DNA of 64,000 nucleotides. Origin: Daphnia carinata. Its lineage: Eukaryota. This document shows positions 1 to 13,204 of this stretch, piece after piece. The stretch covers positions 930,001-994,000 of the forward strand of contig NC_081334.1 of NCBI RefSeq assembly GCF_022539665.2. The letters are read 5' to 3'. Positions within the stretch are counted from its first letter, which is position 1; each line of letters opens with the position of its first letter. Both the position numbers and the translations under genes were made by a program. A model generated the notes under the pieces. The model worked only from the letters and a program-made list of their open reading frames with translations. It had not been told where the DNA came from and made no database searches.

Positions 1-2468
1 TCGCTATTGGTGCGACGCTTTCCCGTTGACTGAAAATTGTTTTCTTTAGGAAGCGGCAATGTTTTCCTATTTTCACCTCTCGCGTGTTTATTTGTTTTCG
101 AATCCGCCCTTTGCATAAGCGCTGAAGGCTGAAACGCTGCTTTACGTTTAGATCCTATGATGGTTGACATTCGTTCGACGGAGACGAACGCTCCTCTGAT
201 TGAGCGGACATTGACATCCGGTGGAGAGCGATGGATATGGAACACTGTTGCAAATTGATTATTTTTTACACCCTGAGGGGGTCAATGGGCTTGTCATCCG
301 ATGCCAAACTATCGCAGGATTTATTATTGTTTTCTCGCTTGCCGTTCGTCATTAGCGCAATTAACCTGGACGAGCCTGTTTGGCTTTAGATTGACGATCT
401 ACGCAATCACCATGATGCTCATATTAACTTACCGTAGGTCATCCATACAACAAAACAACTTATTTTTGATTGACGACTATTTTAGGGGAAAAGAAAATGT
501 AAAAGACGAGAACATAGATTGTATAAAACTCTATGCCTTTATCGGCTCTCAATAAAAATTCAAATTTCCTTAAAAGGCATTAGGGTTTTCTTTTGAAATA
601 TTCACTTTGGACCGTCTTTTATGTGTTTTTTCGTTACAGTTTTACAGTGTATGCATTTCAGTTGGTACTGTGTGGGTTTCTTTGTTGTTAAATCCATGAC
701 AAGCAATTCGCAATGTACGTAGTTTGTATTGGAAGCGTGTATATATATATAAACTCGGAATCTTAGGACATGTTTATTGTTTGGTAAAGGTGAGACAGTA
801 CATCGACGAATGTACATATTTTTAATAAACCCGTATTTTTTGTGTGTGTTATTGTGTGGTTCTGCTCGGCTGGTTGAACCCACGTCCTCCCCCCTTTGGC
901 TGAATCAACAAATAGCTCTTTGAAGGAACCACTAATTCCTTCTATTCTTACAGCACTTCATTAAACGAAGAGAAAAAAGAAGATTTTGAATTCAAAGGAA
1001 AATCATTGTTTACTATGCTTTGCCTGAATAGCAAATGCATTTGATGATAACACACGGTGTGTAACTCGTTACGTCGATAAAGGTGAATGATGCACGGAAT
1101 CACGTCCGTCATAAAACATCAATATTATTTGATAGCAACATATCAATAAACATAAAAAATTACCTACTATGACAATAGAATGTGACACCAAAGAGATCAA
1201 ATAGAGCGATAGATTCGTATAACCCTTAGAAGCTACGACGCGGTTATTGGCGTGTAGGGTTCTACATCGGAAAACGAGTGGACACCACTAGCGACCGAAA
1301 TAAAAGAAGCAATCGTCTAAACGTGATGTTAGTCACAACATATGGACGCTTTAGTCAGAATAAGAAATCCCTTTTCTTTTATATTCTTTTTTTTTTAAGT
1401 GCAAGGGCGATTGATCTCATCCGGAGGCGATTGCTGTGGCGCTCTTGTAAGGTATCAAAGGGTCCATACGAATAGTGAACTGGGGCCGTTCTTTGCGCAG
1501 TGCACTAACCGTAAAGTGATGGAAAGATCATGTCAACGTTCCGCATCGATATCTATCCCTTCACAATTAAAAGAAAATGCTGCTATTTCGTTTCCCGTCA
1601 TCGGTTTTTTTTTTTACAGTGTGCGTGAAGCGTTAAGAAAAGAATCGGTTTCGTTTTAAAGTTATCTTTTATCAAGTTCAAGATTCCTATTACCTTGACA
1701 GGTCCGTATTAGTACACGATGTTTAATTACATTCAAGTGTGCATGATGATCCCCAATGATGAACAAAAAAAGGGAGGAGATACGCAAAATGGCGTTAGTG
1801 CATCTGTAAAAGGATATGTTGCGTAAATGAGCTAGAAGAAAAATTGGCTGTGCACGACAGCAGGCGTCTTACATATTGAATTTCTCAAATAAATAAAAAA
1901 AAAGAATATAAGAAATGATTTTATGTTGCGGCCCTGCTACTTGCATATGTTGCTCGATTCATGTTGGCATTACGCTCAGCATATGCCACATCAAGAATCT
2001 TGTAACAGTTTGCTGTAACACATAGTCATTTTTGTTTTACATGGAGGAATACGACGTGCGTTGTCTTCTGCTTAATTGAATTATTTAAAAATTAGGGTTA
2101 CATTTTGCTGGGGATGTTTTCACCACCCGTAGGGACAAGCTAATTGCAGCTGAAAAACGACCGACACGCGGAGATGATGCAATTAATATTAGGTGTATAG
2201 CACGACGGGGGCTAAAAAGAATGTGATGTACATCCAACAGCGTCGATCGACATAAAAAATAGGATGACCAAAAACGAAAGAGTTTTTATTATTTATCTAT
2301 AACTGGTATATAGAGCCTGTTCGGATTGTTTACTCTAAAGCAAGAAAGGGGGACAGAAAGGAAAGAAAGATGTACGAGGCAAGCGGATCGAGTTGTGATG
2401 GAAAACGAAAAGAGGAGGGAGGTGTGCATTTAAGGCCGCCTCCGTTTGTCCTCCCATAGGGATTCGAC

Positions 2469-2506
2469 TATAAAAGATCCCATTGCAAGTGGAATCCTCG
2501 CAGTCG
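2469..2506 (+). promoter_or_regulatory. Candidate TATA box plus initiator-like site for CRHBP
   Basis: TATAAAAG at 2469 and GCAGTC about 32 nt downstream, roughly 170 nt before the ATG. Confidence 0.3.
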
Positions 2507-2673
2507 TCCAGGCCACATCGTCCTCTATAGAGATCTGATACCAATAGGCTCAATTTTCACCCGAAACAATTTTCCAATTTAATTGACGTTCGTAAAGAAA
2601 TCGACGATATACGTTGAGAAGTAGCGTTTACATTAAAAAGACAATCAAGACAATTCCTCATTTATTCGTCATC

Positions 2674-5184
2674 ATGAATTGGATGCTTTTAGTAGCTGTG
2701 ATTGGCTGTTGCTCGACATGTTTGGCTGCTTCACTCCTACCTCACGAGCAGGTAAATTTCACAGTTTTCCTCATGTTTTTTCCGTGTTGTATTCGTATTA
2801 TCCCTGTCACCAAGATATTATGCATATTTATCCCCAGAAAGCTTTATCTTTTAGTAGCACTTGAACACTTTCTAGTGGCTTAAAGCTTTTCTCGCTTACA
2901 ATCTTCGCATAGACAATTGGAACAATCATCGTTCGAGGCAATTTAACGCTTTGGTGTGCGGTTCTCTGATGTTACAGATTACTACATATCGTTCACGTGT
3001 GTCTAACGTCACGTTTTTCTTCCCTTGTTACGACGTATTCACTCCCAATCGCGAACCAATATATAGAGATGGTGGTCCACTTCTTGACGTGGACACACCA
3101 AAGAATTTGGTCATAAACTTCCATAGCAAATAGGATTTGGACATGTCAATATGACGTATATATTGACTATTTCGTCCCATTCTTCTTTTTCGATTTGTCA
3201 GATATAAAGGATTTATAGATTTCTATGTTCGCTGCATTTAAGGATCTATCTATGTTTTTGTTTTTTTCCCGTTAAATTTGAACGCACGATTTCTTTTTGA
3301 AGACATCAAGTTCTTCGAGTTATCTGTAAAATTTAATTTTTGATACGAATGTTCATAGACGGGAAAGAGATTGACCTCAATATGAGATCTACATTTATAT
3401 CATAATCATATGAGTCTTCATTTATTATCGCTATCTCTTCAGCAGCTCGGCCAGTATCGAAACCTATAGGGAGATGGAGAAGTAGAACGTCCGTAATACA
3501 TATTTCAATTATTCACGACTCACGATCAATATAACAAATCCCCATTTCCCGTTAAGAATAAAAATGGTTTGTTTACTCGCCTTGGAGAAGGAAGATAAGA
3601 AAGAAACAATCATTAAAAAGCCTATGCCTCATCCTATTTTTAAACACATTATTTTTATGAGCAACTCTTATTTTCTAAACAAGTCAATTGTGTGGCAGAT
3701 AAAAAGAAAGTCTTACTTGTATCCTCCCATTATAATATCATCACATCCGTGTAGAAAAAATGACATAAATAGAAAAAAGAAGAATAGACGTAGAAGATCC
3801 TTGATATTTTGTAAACATGCGAAGACTATCTAATGGTAATTGTTATTCAACATCTAAGGGTAAAAATGCACCTTCTCCTATTGACTCTATTCTTCAACCT
3901 CGTCAACGAAGAGACTCGTACAACGTTATTGACGGTAAGCAATTTTCTATGTTTACCTTTTTCTTCGATCGCTTTGTTGAAAAATGTTGTGCGCTCTTAG
4001 CTAATGATGATGAAAACTTTGAAAGATTGCATGACGGTGACATCGAAGGATGGCCATTTTTACTATAAAGCAAGTCCCAAAGACGAGGTGGAACCAGGTA
4101 CAACTTGCGGCCTCTATCTCATCACCGATCCTGAACGGCAAATTGAAATTGAATTACTTCACGTCGATGTCTCTTGCGAAGACGGAGGCCTCATTTCGGT
4201 ATAATCGTATTACCTGCAAAATAGATAAATAGCTTTTCATATCTGCAATGTAGTGTTGAATGTACTCCAATTAGAATTTAAAGTTAATGACTTCGCTTGG
4301 TAGGTGGTTGATGGATGGGAACTTAATGGCGAATTTTTCCCGTCACCTGAAGATCATCAATTGCCACTCGACCAACGAGTTCAATCTGAATGTGGTAGTC
4401 ATCAAGTAATGCGTCGATACCTTTCGTCGCAAAATGCCGCTTTGGTCCAGTACAGAGTGCCACGTTTAGGCCAAGGCTTTTCACTCCGCGTCAACTACGT
4501 CAAGAATCCTCAACGTAATTAACTTGATTCATTACTCTACAACCATTCGTATTAAAATAAGATTATTATTGTTCGTTGTTAGCCTGCAATATTCTGGTGG
4601 AGGGGACGTCTTACGTTTACACTTTGAGCAATCACGGACGTCGCCTCAACTGCAGTGTGACTACCCTCTTCCCTGCCAGCATTTCACTTGTTTCTCTCGA
4701 TGTCGGTTTCACTAACCAGAGACGATTGAGTCGTCTCTTATCATCCCGTCGTGATCACTTGATCGCCCATCGTTCTACGGCCGGCGAAGTCGTTCATAAC
4801 GTAATTAAACATACCCCATTTTAAACCTCAATTTGTTAAATTAATTTGTTTTACCTGTCAAGTGCGAGGAAAAAGATATGTCTGACTACCTGCAAATTGG
4901 CGGCTCTTCTGGTTTGGATACTGCCAACATGTTGGTATCGGATTCGATCTGCGGTGCAGCCCGCGAGCCAAGTAATTTTAATTTAATGTCATTCTCGGCA
5001 TTCGAACGGATTGATTGTTTCCATTTTTATACCATAATCAGAAGCGTCTGAAGAAACGATCGGATGTGGCATCACCACCGTGCGGTTGGTTTCGAGCGGC
5101 CGTCATCGCAACTGGGTGCAAGTCGCTATACGACCTGCTGAAGACGAGGATCTCTCTTTGGCTAACTTCATGTGCCCCGCATAA
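2674..5184 (+). CDS. CRHBP: Corticotropin-releasing factor-binding protein (CRF-BP), 7 coding exons
   Basis: Exons 2674-2751, 3859-3934, 4026-4198, 4304-4514, 4583-4800, 4863-4971 and 5042-5184 join in frame at GT-AG sites. Signal peptide MNWMLLVAVIG; family motifs DCMTVTS, VDGWELNGEFFPSPEDH, SSQNAALVQYRVP, PCNIL, IGCGITTVRLVSSG. Confidence 0.93.
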
Positions 5185-5827
5185 AAGAAACATCGAGGCA
5201 ACAAGAACAAATTAAATATCAAATCTAAATTAATTATGTTTCTAGTTTCTCTTATCTAAAGACCTTTCACGAAACGATATTGATCCGTTGAAAGTTTACT
5301 CGTTTCACTTCACTTTAACACATGTCCATTAGTTAGTCATTTGACAGTTTGCCGACACTGTAACAAAACAAAAAATATTATTTAGCCAACAGACAAACAT
5401 AACGTCGCCTATACAAATACAAAGTATGGCGCTGACAGCACAACTTCCTTCAAGAACTTGGAAATTAGAGAATTTTGTTTTAAAATACTGCCGTCTACGA
5501 CATGGCGATATATTACATGCCCCAATGTTACTTATGATCTCCCTCCTATTCGCTCGTCTCTTTATTAATCCCCTTACCCAAATATTCCCTTTTGTTGTCA
5601 ATTCTCCCGAACATCAGGTCACCACTAGACTATCGAAAAAGAAAAAATTATGTATGCGGGATTATTTACAATCATGGTTATTATTACAAGATCATCAATG
5701 TATTACTTCTGTACTATGGATAGACATGCCTTCTCTTTCTCAATACTGTACATTTGCTCGTCGGGGATCTCCACGTTTAATAGGAGGAAGACGACTACAA
5801 AAAAAAAACAACTAGAAAATCGATGAA

Positions 5828-8800
5828 TTATTTGTTAGTACTAGTGAAATTTGTCAGGCCTCTAACATATAGGTTGACTTGCTGCTGCAAGTCGTCTATG
5901 CCTTGCGCAAACGTTGATGCAGGTAAGGAATGTAAACCACCAGTTTGGGAAGCAAGAGGCGTAGATGCCGTTGGTGTTTTGGACGCGGCTGTAGCCCTTA
6001 CCGTAGGCACATTAGGGGCGATATTTGCGGCCCGGTTGACGTTGGCGCGGTCTTGTTCGAGCAATTCTAGCTCTGAATTGACTCTGTTCAACAAATCCGA
6101 TATGACAGTTCGGAAATAATCTTCACTGCGTTGTCGTTCGGCTTTGTGTTTGGCCAATTTGTCATTGACGTATTTCTGGTAGTCACGAACGCGCCGTTTG
6201 AGATGCTTGTACTTTTCAGCTTGTTCTTGGATCACTTTTTGATCATAAATCCGCGATGTTTCCATCTTTTGGATGGCGCTGTCCAAGTTGGGCAGTAAAT
6301 CCGTTGGTACCTGTTGGTTGTTCCTGAGGCATATTTTTATTTTGGACAAGTCTAATTTCCAATCCAGTGCCGATTGCGCCGAACGAGTACTTGATGCCAT
6401 TTGTGAAGTTAAAGGTGTTGATGAATTCGATTGCAGTTCTTCAATTTGCTTTTCATAATTGGCGATAATAGAAAGTTTCTCGTCTTCACACTGTTGTCTT
6501 AATCTAGCCTATAAAACGGATAAATGATTAGCAATTGCATTGCCCAGACTGTCCAACATTCCTATACCATAGCGTCGGCTGTAGCTGTGATTAGACTCTT
6601 TTCAGGTTGTTGGTTTTCTGATTTATCTGCAGCGACCCTAGACGCAGCAGCCACTTTTTCTTGCCACGTTTTAATTAAATTCTTTTTTTCGACTTCAAAC
6701 TTTTCCCGTAAGAAATGTCGTTCCATTTTAAGCTGCTGTTGGCGCTTCATCAGTTCGTTCTGCAAAATGTCTCGCTCATGGCGCAAGGCATCCATAGCTT
6801 CACGTAAACACTGAAGTTCACCTATATGCAAAGCGATACAATGAAAATCGCCAATTGGCTATGTTCTAAATTACAATACATACCTAAGCTCTTCTCTACA
6901 TGAACGAGATCGTCCACCTGGCCGGATGTTTTCTCCTTTAGCCATTCAAGTCTAGCACGAGCTACATGTTCTTGAACAACAGTCTGCATTTTGGTATCCC
7001 AATTCGCCTCGATCATGGCCTTGTGCCTGTTGAGGTTTTCTTCCATGTTTCGGTTAACCTCCTCAAGTTCTTGCAATAAATGTTTCTTTTCTTCATCTAA
7101 CTCTTTACGGCCTGTGCGGTGATTTAAAAGATACAATTAAGCAACGGGTATTAATATGCAAATTATTTACCAGAGTTCATTTGTTGTAGCTGGTCTTCCA
7201 ACGAATCTTTCTCACGGCACACAGCCAGATAAAGCTCTTTTACGTTGTTAAGTTCCGTACTAAGTTTGCTGTCTTGGTCACTAAATGATGCGATCAATTA
7301 GATGCTTTTTGTTACGTATAAAAAAAATGCGCTCAGAAAATGCTAACTCACTTAGATTGCACAGGTATCTTGGCGATCGTGCTTAATTCGTGGTTGAGCG
7401 CCTCTTTCTCCCTTTGCAGCTGATGGATTTTCTCTTCTAATTGCTTAACATTTTTTTCAGAGGTTTGCAAACGTTGTTCTAGGCTACTGATAATTCGGTC
7501 CGATTGTTTGACATCAGAGTGATCTCTGTTTGTTCCTAATCGCATCTGACTCATCGAGTCGGATAAATTTTGGGAAATCCGTTCCTTCTTTAATCGTTCG
7601 ATCTCCTCTTGAGCTCGTGATAATTGATCTAGCAAAGTTGCGCTCGTAAGCGTGTCACGTTGTTCGCGTAAAATACGCTGTTGATCGAGGGCGCGATTGA
7701 ATTCTTGCAGATTAGCCGCTCTTTCAGTCAAAGTGCGCTCATGCATCTCTGTTACGTCACGAAGCTTCCTCTCAAGAGTCGAAATATTTTCATTCTTGTG
7801 GTCAAGCTCCGTTCGAAGGCGATTGAGCTCATCTCTGAGGGATCGCAAATCGTTATCATATCTCGCCTAATGGTAAACAAGATTAAAGATTTTTTGCAAC
7901 CAAAATAATAGAAAGAAAAGTTTAGGCATAATTACCTTAATTCCGCTTAGCAAATTATCTTGTCTATTGGCATCGCGATGATTAGCCTGAAGTAAATTAA
8001 GGTCGAGAAGCTGTCGCTCTAAACTGATTGCATTATTTTCGGCTGCTTGTAATTTAGAAATAAGGTGTTGATTTGTTTCTATCACATCTTTGACTCGCTT
8101 ATTTAAGGCAGTTATTTCTTCTTTAAGACGCAAATTATCTTGATGGCTTTCTTGCACAATCCTTTCACTTGTTTCTAATGTCATTTTCATGCCAGTTTTT
8201 TCCCCTTCTGCAATACAGCGAAAACAAATGAACATACATCATTAGAAACAGGCTATACAACAAATACCTAAAAGTGCCACTTTATGATGTAGATGATGGA
8301 TCTCAGAATTGAGCTTGCTAATTTCAGTTCCCCTAGCAGCGTATAGTATTTCCAGTTCTGCTTTAGAATTTAGGCCAGATGAGAGGTAGTGTTTTTCAAT
8401 TTCTTCTTCATTGCTATGATTCCATGAAGGTCTGTAGGAATTTGTTTTACTTTCCTCAAGTGGACTGAATCTAACACAATTCTTCTTATGGCTATTCTTT
8501 GACCAGGCGCTAAAAGACAAGTTGCTTTCACTACCCGCTGGGGTATCCTGGTGCAGAGGTTCTGGCATTTCTTCACTTTGTTGACGATGTATTGGACTAT
8601 GTAAAGAATCTCCTAGATATTCTTGACCTTGAGATCTGCTTTGTTTTGAAGAATCAGATTGGAACTCCTGGCTTTTTTCTAAATGCAGCCTTGAGAAATG
8701 TTGGTTTGTAGTTTCCAAGTCACTTTCATCCTCTTCAATTAAATCATCAAATGCATTTGTGAGTAGATCACGGAGCTAAAAATAAAATAAAGGATTTTTC

Positions 8801-8990
8801 AGTATTTCTAGTAGTACTCAACGAGACAACCTACCTCTGCATTTCGTTGCTGAATTTCTTCTTCCTCCCCGTCATCATCGGTATCGTCTTCATCATGGTG
8901 GTTGTTGTTATTCTGCGGTCCACCTTGAGTTAGAGCGTCCAAGTCTAAACTTGTCCCAATGTTATACAAACTTAATCCGTTATTATCCAT
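5828..8990 (-). CDS. CEP152: Centrosomal coiled-coil protein CEP152 / asterless homolog (multi-exon)
   Basis: Exon 1 (8990-8835) splices to 8775, giving the acidic N-terminus EEEEIQQRNAELRDLLTNAFDDL, similar to the PLK4-binding region of CEP152/Asl. Motif LEILYAARGTEISKL; long coiled-coil ORF pieces down to the stop at 5828. Confidence 0.72.
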
Positions 8991-10815
8991 CAATGCAATC
9001 TTTCCTCGGTATAACTTCTATCTTACTGCTGACAATGTACTACAGGCACTAGATATGAAAATCCCGCCAATTTCTATTTTCAGTGTCAATTTGTTAACTG
9101 AATCTCCATCTGAAATTGTACTTGAACAAAATTTTGCGGTGTTGCCACTTTGTAAAATGTAATTTTTTGTTGCCAGCTAGGTGCGTAGAATAAGAATAGG
9201 ACCATAGTACACCATGATAGGATGAAGGACGGATAGTATAATTGAAAAAAATTGGACTAGTAGTAGAAAATTGGAATTAGGATATGCAAAAACTAGTAAT
9301 TAGACATGAAACACAGTTGCGCGTGTCATTATTATAAATATCATACGTTTGAACTCTAAACATTTCCGGACTATCTACAGTATCCATCTCTAGTCTCTAC
9401 ATCTCCAACTCCGATTGCGAGCTTTATTAATTATTATGATACCCAGTTTTAAGTAAGAAATAATATAAATCAGTAGAGAAGCAAACACGTTTACGTTTTT
9501 GCTTTGGCACATGTATTAGATGTTTTGTACTCTTATCACAAGAAAAAGTGAGGGAGAACTCCAAAAAAGAAAATCCTACATTGGGAAAAAAGTTTGCTTC
9601 TTCCAAGATATTATACTGTGATCCGGCGAGACGCAGTCAACGTAGACATCCATTAAATGGCCGTAGGCCATGTTCTGCCCGTGTAAAAAAGTTTTTCTTA
9701 TCTTTCTTTGCAGCTCTAAAAGTTAAATCCACAAGACGCACCCAAATAATATAGACATTCAATGGACTTCGACTCCTCTTGCCCACAAATATATACGTTA
9801 CAATTAAAGTATTAAAACCATGATAAATCCGTTAATTTTAACCTCTAAGCCATGGAAAACACTTTTTGGCGCTTATTTTGTTACTATTTCCTTACAGCCA
9901 GTGATGCACGTTGTTCAAAATATATATATTTTTTTATTTTTTTAACTTAATAATTATATCTAGTCATACTATCTTTTATCTATGAAAATAAAACAAATCC
10001 AATGCCAAGTTGATAATCGAAATGCTGTACTAAAGTAGTCTAACAGGCAATGTCTAGCACTAACCAGATTGAGCGCCTCAAACTCCCAAACAGACATATC
10101 ATAAGACACAGACACAGCAGGGATAGGAGATACTGTTGTGTTTGTCTGCTGTCTGGGTAGTTGGGTTTTTAAATAAACCCGTGTATTGTAATGTAAGTTA
10201 TAAAAACCCAAAAAATCAATAAACTACATTACGTATAGTGCAATAAAAAAACAGAGTGTTTATGCCTAACTAGTGAATTTTAGACATTTCAAGTAAGCAG
10301 GTAAAAACAATCTAAATTTTGCTTGGTTAATTTAGCAATGCAAGTTTAGAAGTTGCCTCTTCATACACCTTATTTATCAGTCCTTCTTTTGTGGAGTTGT
10401 TTTCTTTTGCCTATTGTTTGTTTTCTTGTCCATAATTAGTTGTTAAGACAGATTCCAAAATTTGGCTGACAGTTTCAGCCAAGCATTGTCCTGCTCTGAA
10501 ATGTGCTCTGTTCGAAATGTAGTTTGCTGTTCAAACAATAATTGAATTAATATCTCTTATGCGGGTTTAGCTATCTTGGGACAGGATGCATAGTGGACAT
10601 TTTTGAAAAAAAATTCCCGGTGATTGAAGAAAAAAAAATCAAAGCAGTAAATCAACTGGAAAAAAAATTTAATTGTTAAAAATAACATAAAAAGTAAGTA
10701 GGAGAATGAATTTCTTCCTTAGAATTTCTACAATGTATACTAGTTGAAAATATGTCTAATGTGATCAGAAATGTAATCCCATACTTTATTTTATGTATGT
10801 TTACAGGGAACAAAA

Positions 10816-13204
10816 ATGTTGGTCCTTGAGAAATTAATGTTTCTTCCAGTTTTTATTCTCTTCATCAACCTATTTGTCTCTGGCTTGATAATTAATGTGA
10901 TTCAACTTCTCCTATGGATGTGTGTACGACCTGGGAGTCCATGGTTATACCAAAAACTCAACTACTATTTGCTTTACGTTCTGTGGACTCGTAAGTATAA
11001 TACTTTGTGATTCTTCGCACTATTTCACGCAAAATGATCGTTTATGGGGAAATTTTTCAGAAATTGTTTTTATTGGTGAATGGTGGTCATCTTCAACATG
11101 CGCAGTATTAACAGATGATGACACTTGGTCTAAAATGGGCAAAGAGCATGCAATTGTAATTATGAATCATTCATTTGAGGTTGATTGGCTCATGGGATGG
11201 ATGGTTTGTGAACAATCTAGGTTGTTAGCGGTGAGTTACATTAATGCTGTGCAATTAGGTGCCTTCATCTAACATTTCAAATTTCCCTTAATCTTCCCTA
11301 CTTTTACATCTGTCCTGGAATCCTAAGAGCTCAAAAGTCTTCATTAAAAAATCTATTAAATGGATCCCTATCATTGGTTGGGCATGGCAGTTTGGTGAAG
11401 CAGTCTTGTAATTTCTCCTATTTCTTAGACTAGCCCTTACATTTCAATCATTTTCGTTAACTCTTTTTTTGTTTTTGCTATTCTACATGAAGCTTAGAGC
11501 GAAACTGGGAAAAAGATAAAGTAATCATGGGAAAACAAGTAAAAAATCTGGGAGACTACGCCGATCCTGTTTGGGTAAGTTGGTTCAACTTCCGGTCGAA
11601 CATCATCCTTATGTAACTAAAAATGCGTTTCGTAACATCCAGCTGCTACTTTTCGCGGAAGGAACCAGATTCACGCCCGCCAAACATGTAATTAAAACAA
11701 ATATTTTAGTTATACAGAAAATAGACTACTTAATAGCATTCCGACTAAAGGTTTTAAAATTTAATATTAAAAATTTATTATAATATGCATGATATTTGGT
11801 TTATTGCCGTTAAACATATTACTGATTTCAAAAAAATGTTCTGTTCTTTTGACCAGGCCGCATCCGTCGAGTTTGCAAACAAGTCAGGTTTACAACCCTT
11901 ACAGCACCTGCTTTTACCAAGAACGAAAGGTTTTCTTCTGACGGTAAAAAAAAAAATTAACGACAAACAAGAACTGTTTTGTAGAACTACTGTATAATCG
12001 GTTTCTTTTTACTTTCAACACAACCAATTGATGGTTTTGAAACGTGACCTACTTCCAGGTGGAACATTTGAGAGGACGTTTTCCTGCCATATACTGCGCG
12101 ACGCTGGCGTTCAATTGGTACGTTTGGAACCTTACAAGTGATGCTATGAATTGTATCAAATTGCATTATTAAGAATGTGTGTTTTTAAAGCAAAGAAGGC
12201 GCTACACCTACTCTGAAAAATATGTTACTTGGACGCCGGGTAATAGGCGAAATGTTACTTGAACGGATTCCGTTAGAAGAAATCCCGGAAAACCCACAAG
12301 AGGCTTCCAAATGGCTCTATGACAACTACCATCACAAGGTAAAGCTAAACACCAACACGTGTACGTCATTTTGATAGTTGCCGAAAACATTTATAACTGG
12401 CATCACAACTTGAAAGTTATGAACCCAGGCATAAAATTGAACAGCTGTAGGCCTTTTTGGTCTTGTTAAATGGCAAGGATGCAGCCAAGTATTTTAAGAT
12501 GATTTCTGCTGAGCAAGAGGAAAATCACCAGCTCTAGACATATGTCGATATTTTGGCGAATCATTCGGGAAATGATTTTCTGCCCGCTGTACTTAATTTA
12601 AATCGTAATGTCTGATATCAGAGGTACTTTCGTCTATTCGCCAATTGGAAAAAAAAAACATTTATGAAGGCATGGGTTATTTTCCCCAAGAAAGTCGCAA
12701 TAAAACTTTGTATTCTTGCCTTGAGTTTTCCAGGGACTCATATGTACTGTATTGTTATTTTGTAAAATATAGGATCGAATGTTGGATGCGTACAAGAGAG
12801 AAGGGACGTTTCCTTCGGCTGATTCCTTCGGGAAAAATCATCACTTTCAAGGACCAATTCGAAGTCATTACCGTCCAAGACGACTGTGGTCTGTATTCAT
12901 CATGTTGGCTACGTCGTACATCACTCTGCCTCCTGTGCTGTATGCCCTCTATGCTCTTTTCTGCTCCGGAATAGTCAACGTCGTGATTGCCGTATCTCTT
13001 GTTCTTGCAGGTATTTTTATTGTTTATTGCATGTTCGAACTTTCGTGTGATCCGGCGTGTTTTGCCTTTTCATTTAATTAAATATTATTTCTTTAATTAC
13101 TTCTCTTTCTAGTGGGGTATGCGTTATACAAATTGGTAGCGCTTACTCGAGTCAGCAAAGGATCGTCTTACGGCCGCTCCTCGCCTGAAAAAAAATTGTC
13201 TTAG
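10816..13204 (+). CDS. 1-acyl-sn-glycerol-3-phosphate acyltransferase, AGPAT3/4 (gamma/delta) type, paralog A
   Basis: Motifs NHSFEVDW, FLERNWEKDK, FAEGTRF, LLPRTKGF. 11 coding exons join in frame; C-terminus KGSSYGRSSPEKKLS* with a KKxx signal. Confidence 0.93.

Noticed and set aside
301..2553. Short ORFs upstream of CRHBP
   Set aside because: No motifs or coherent splice structure; treated as intergenic or regulatory DNA.
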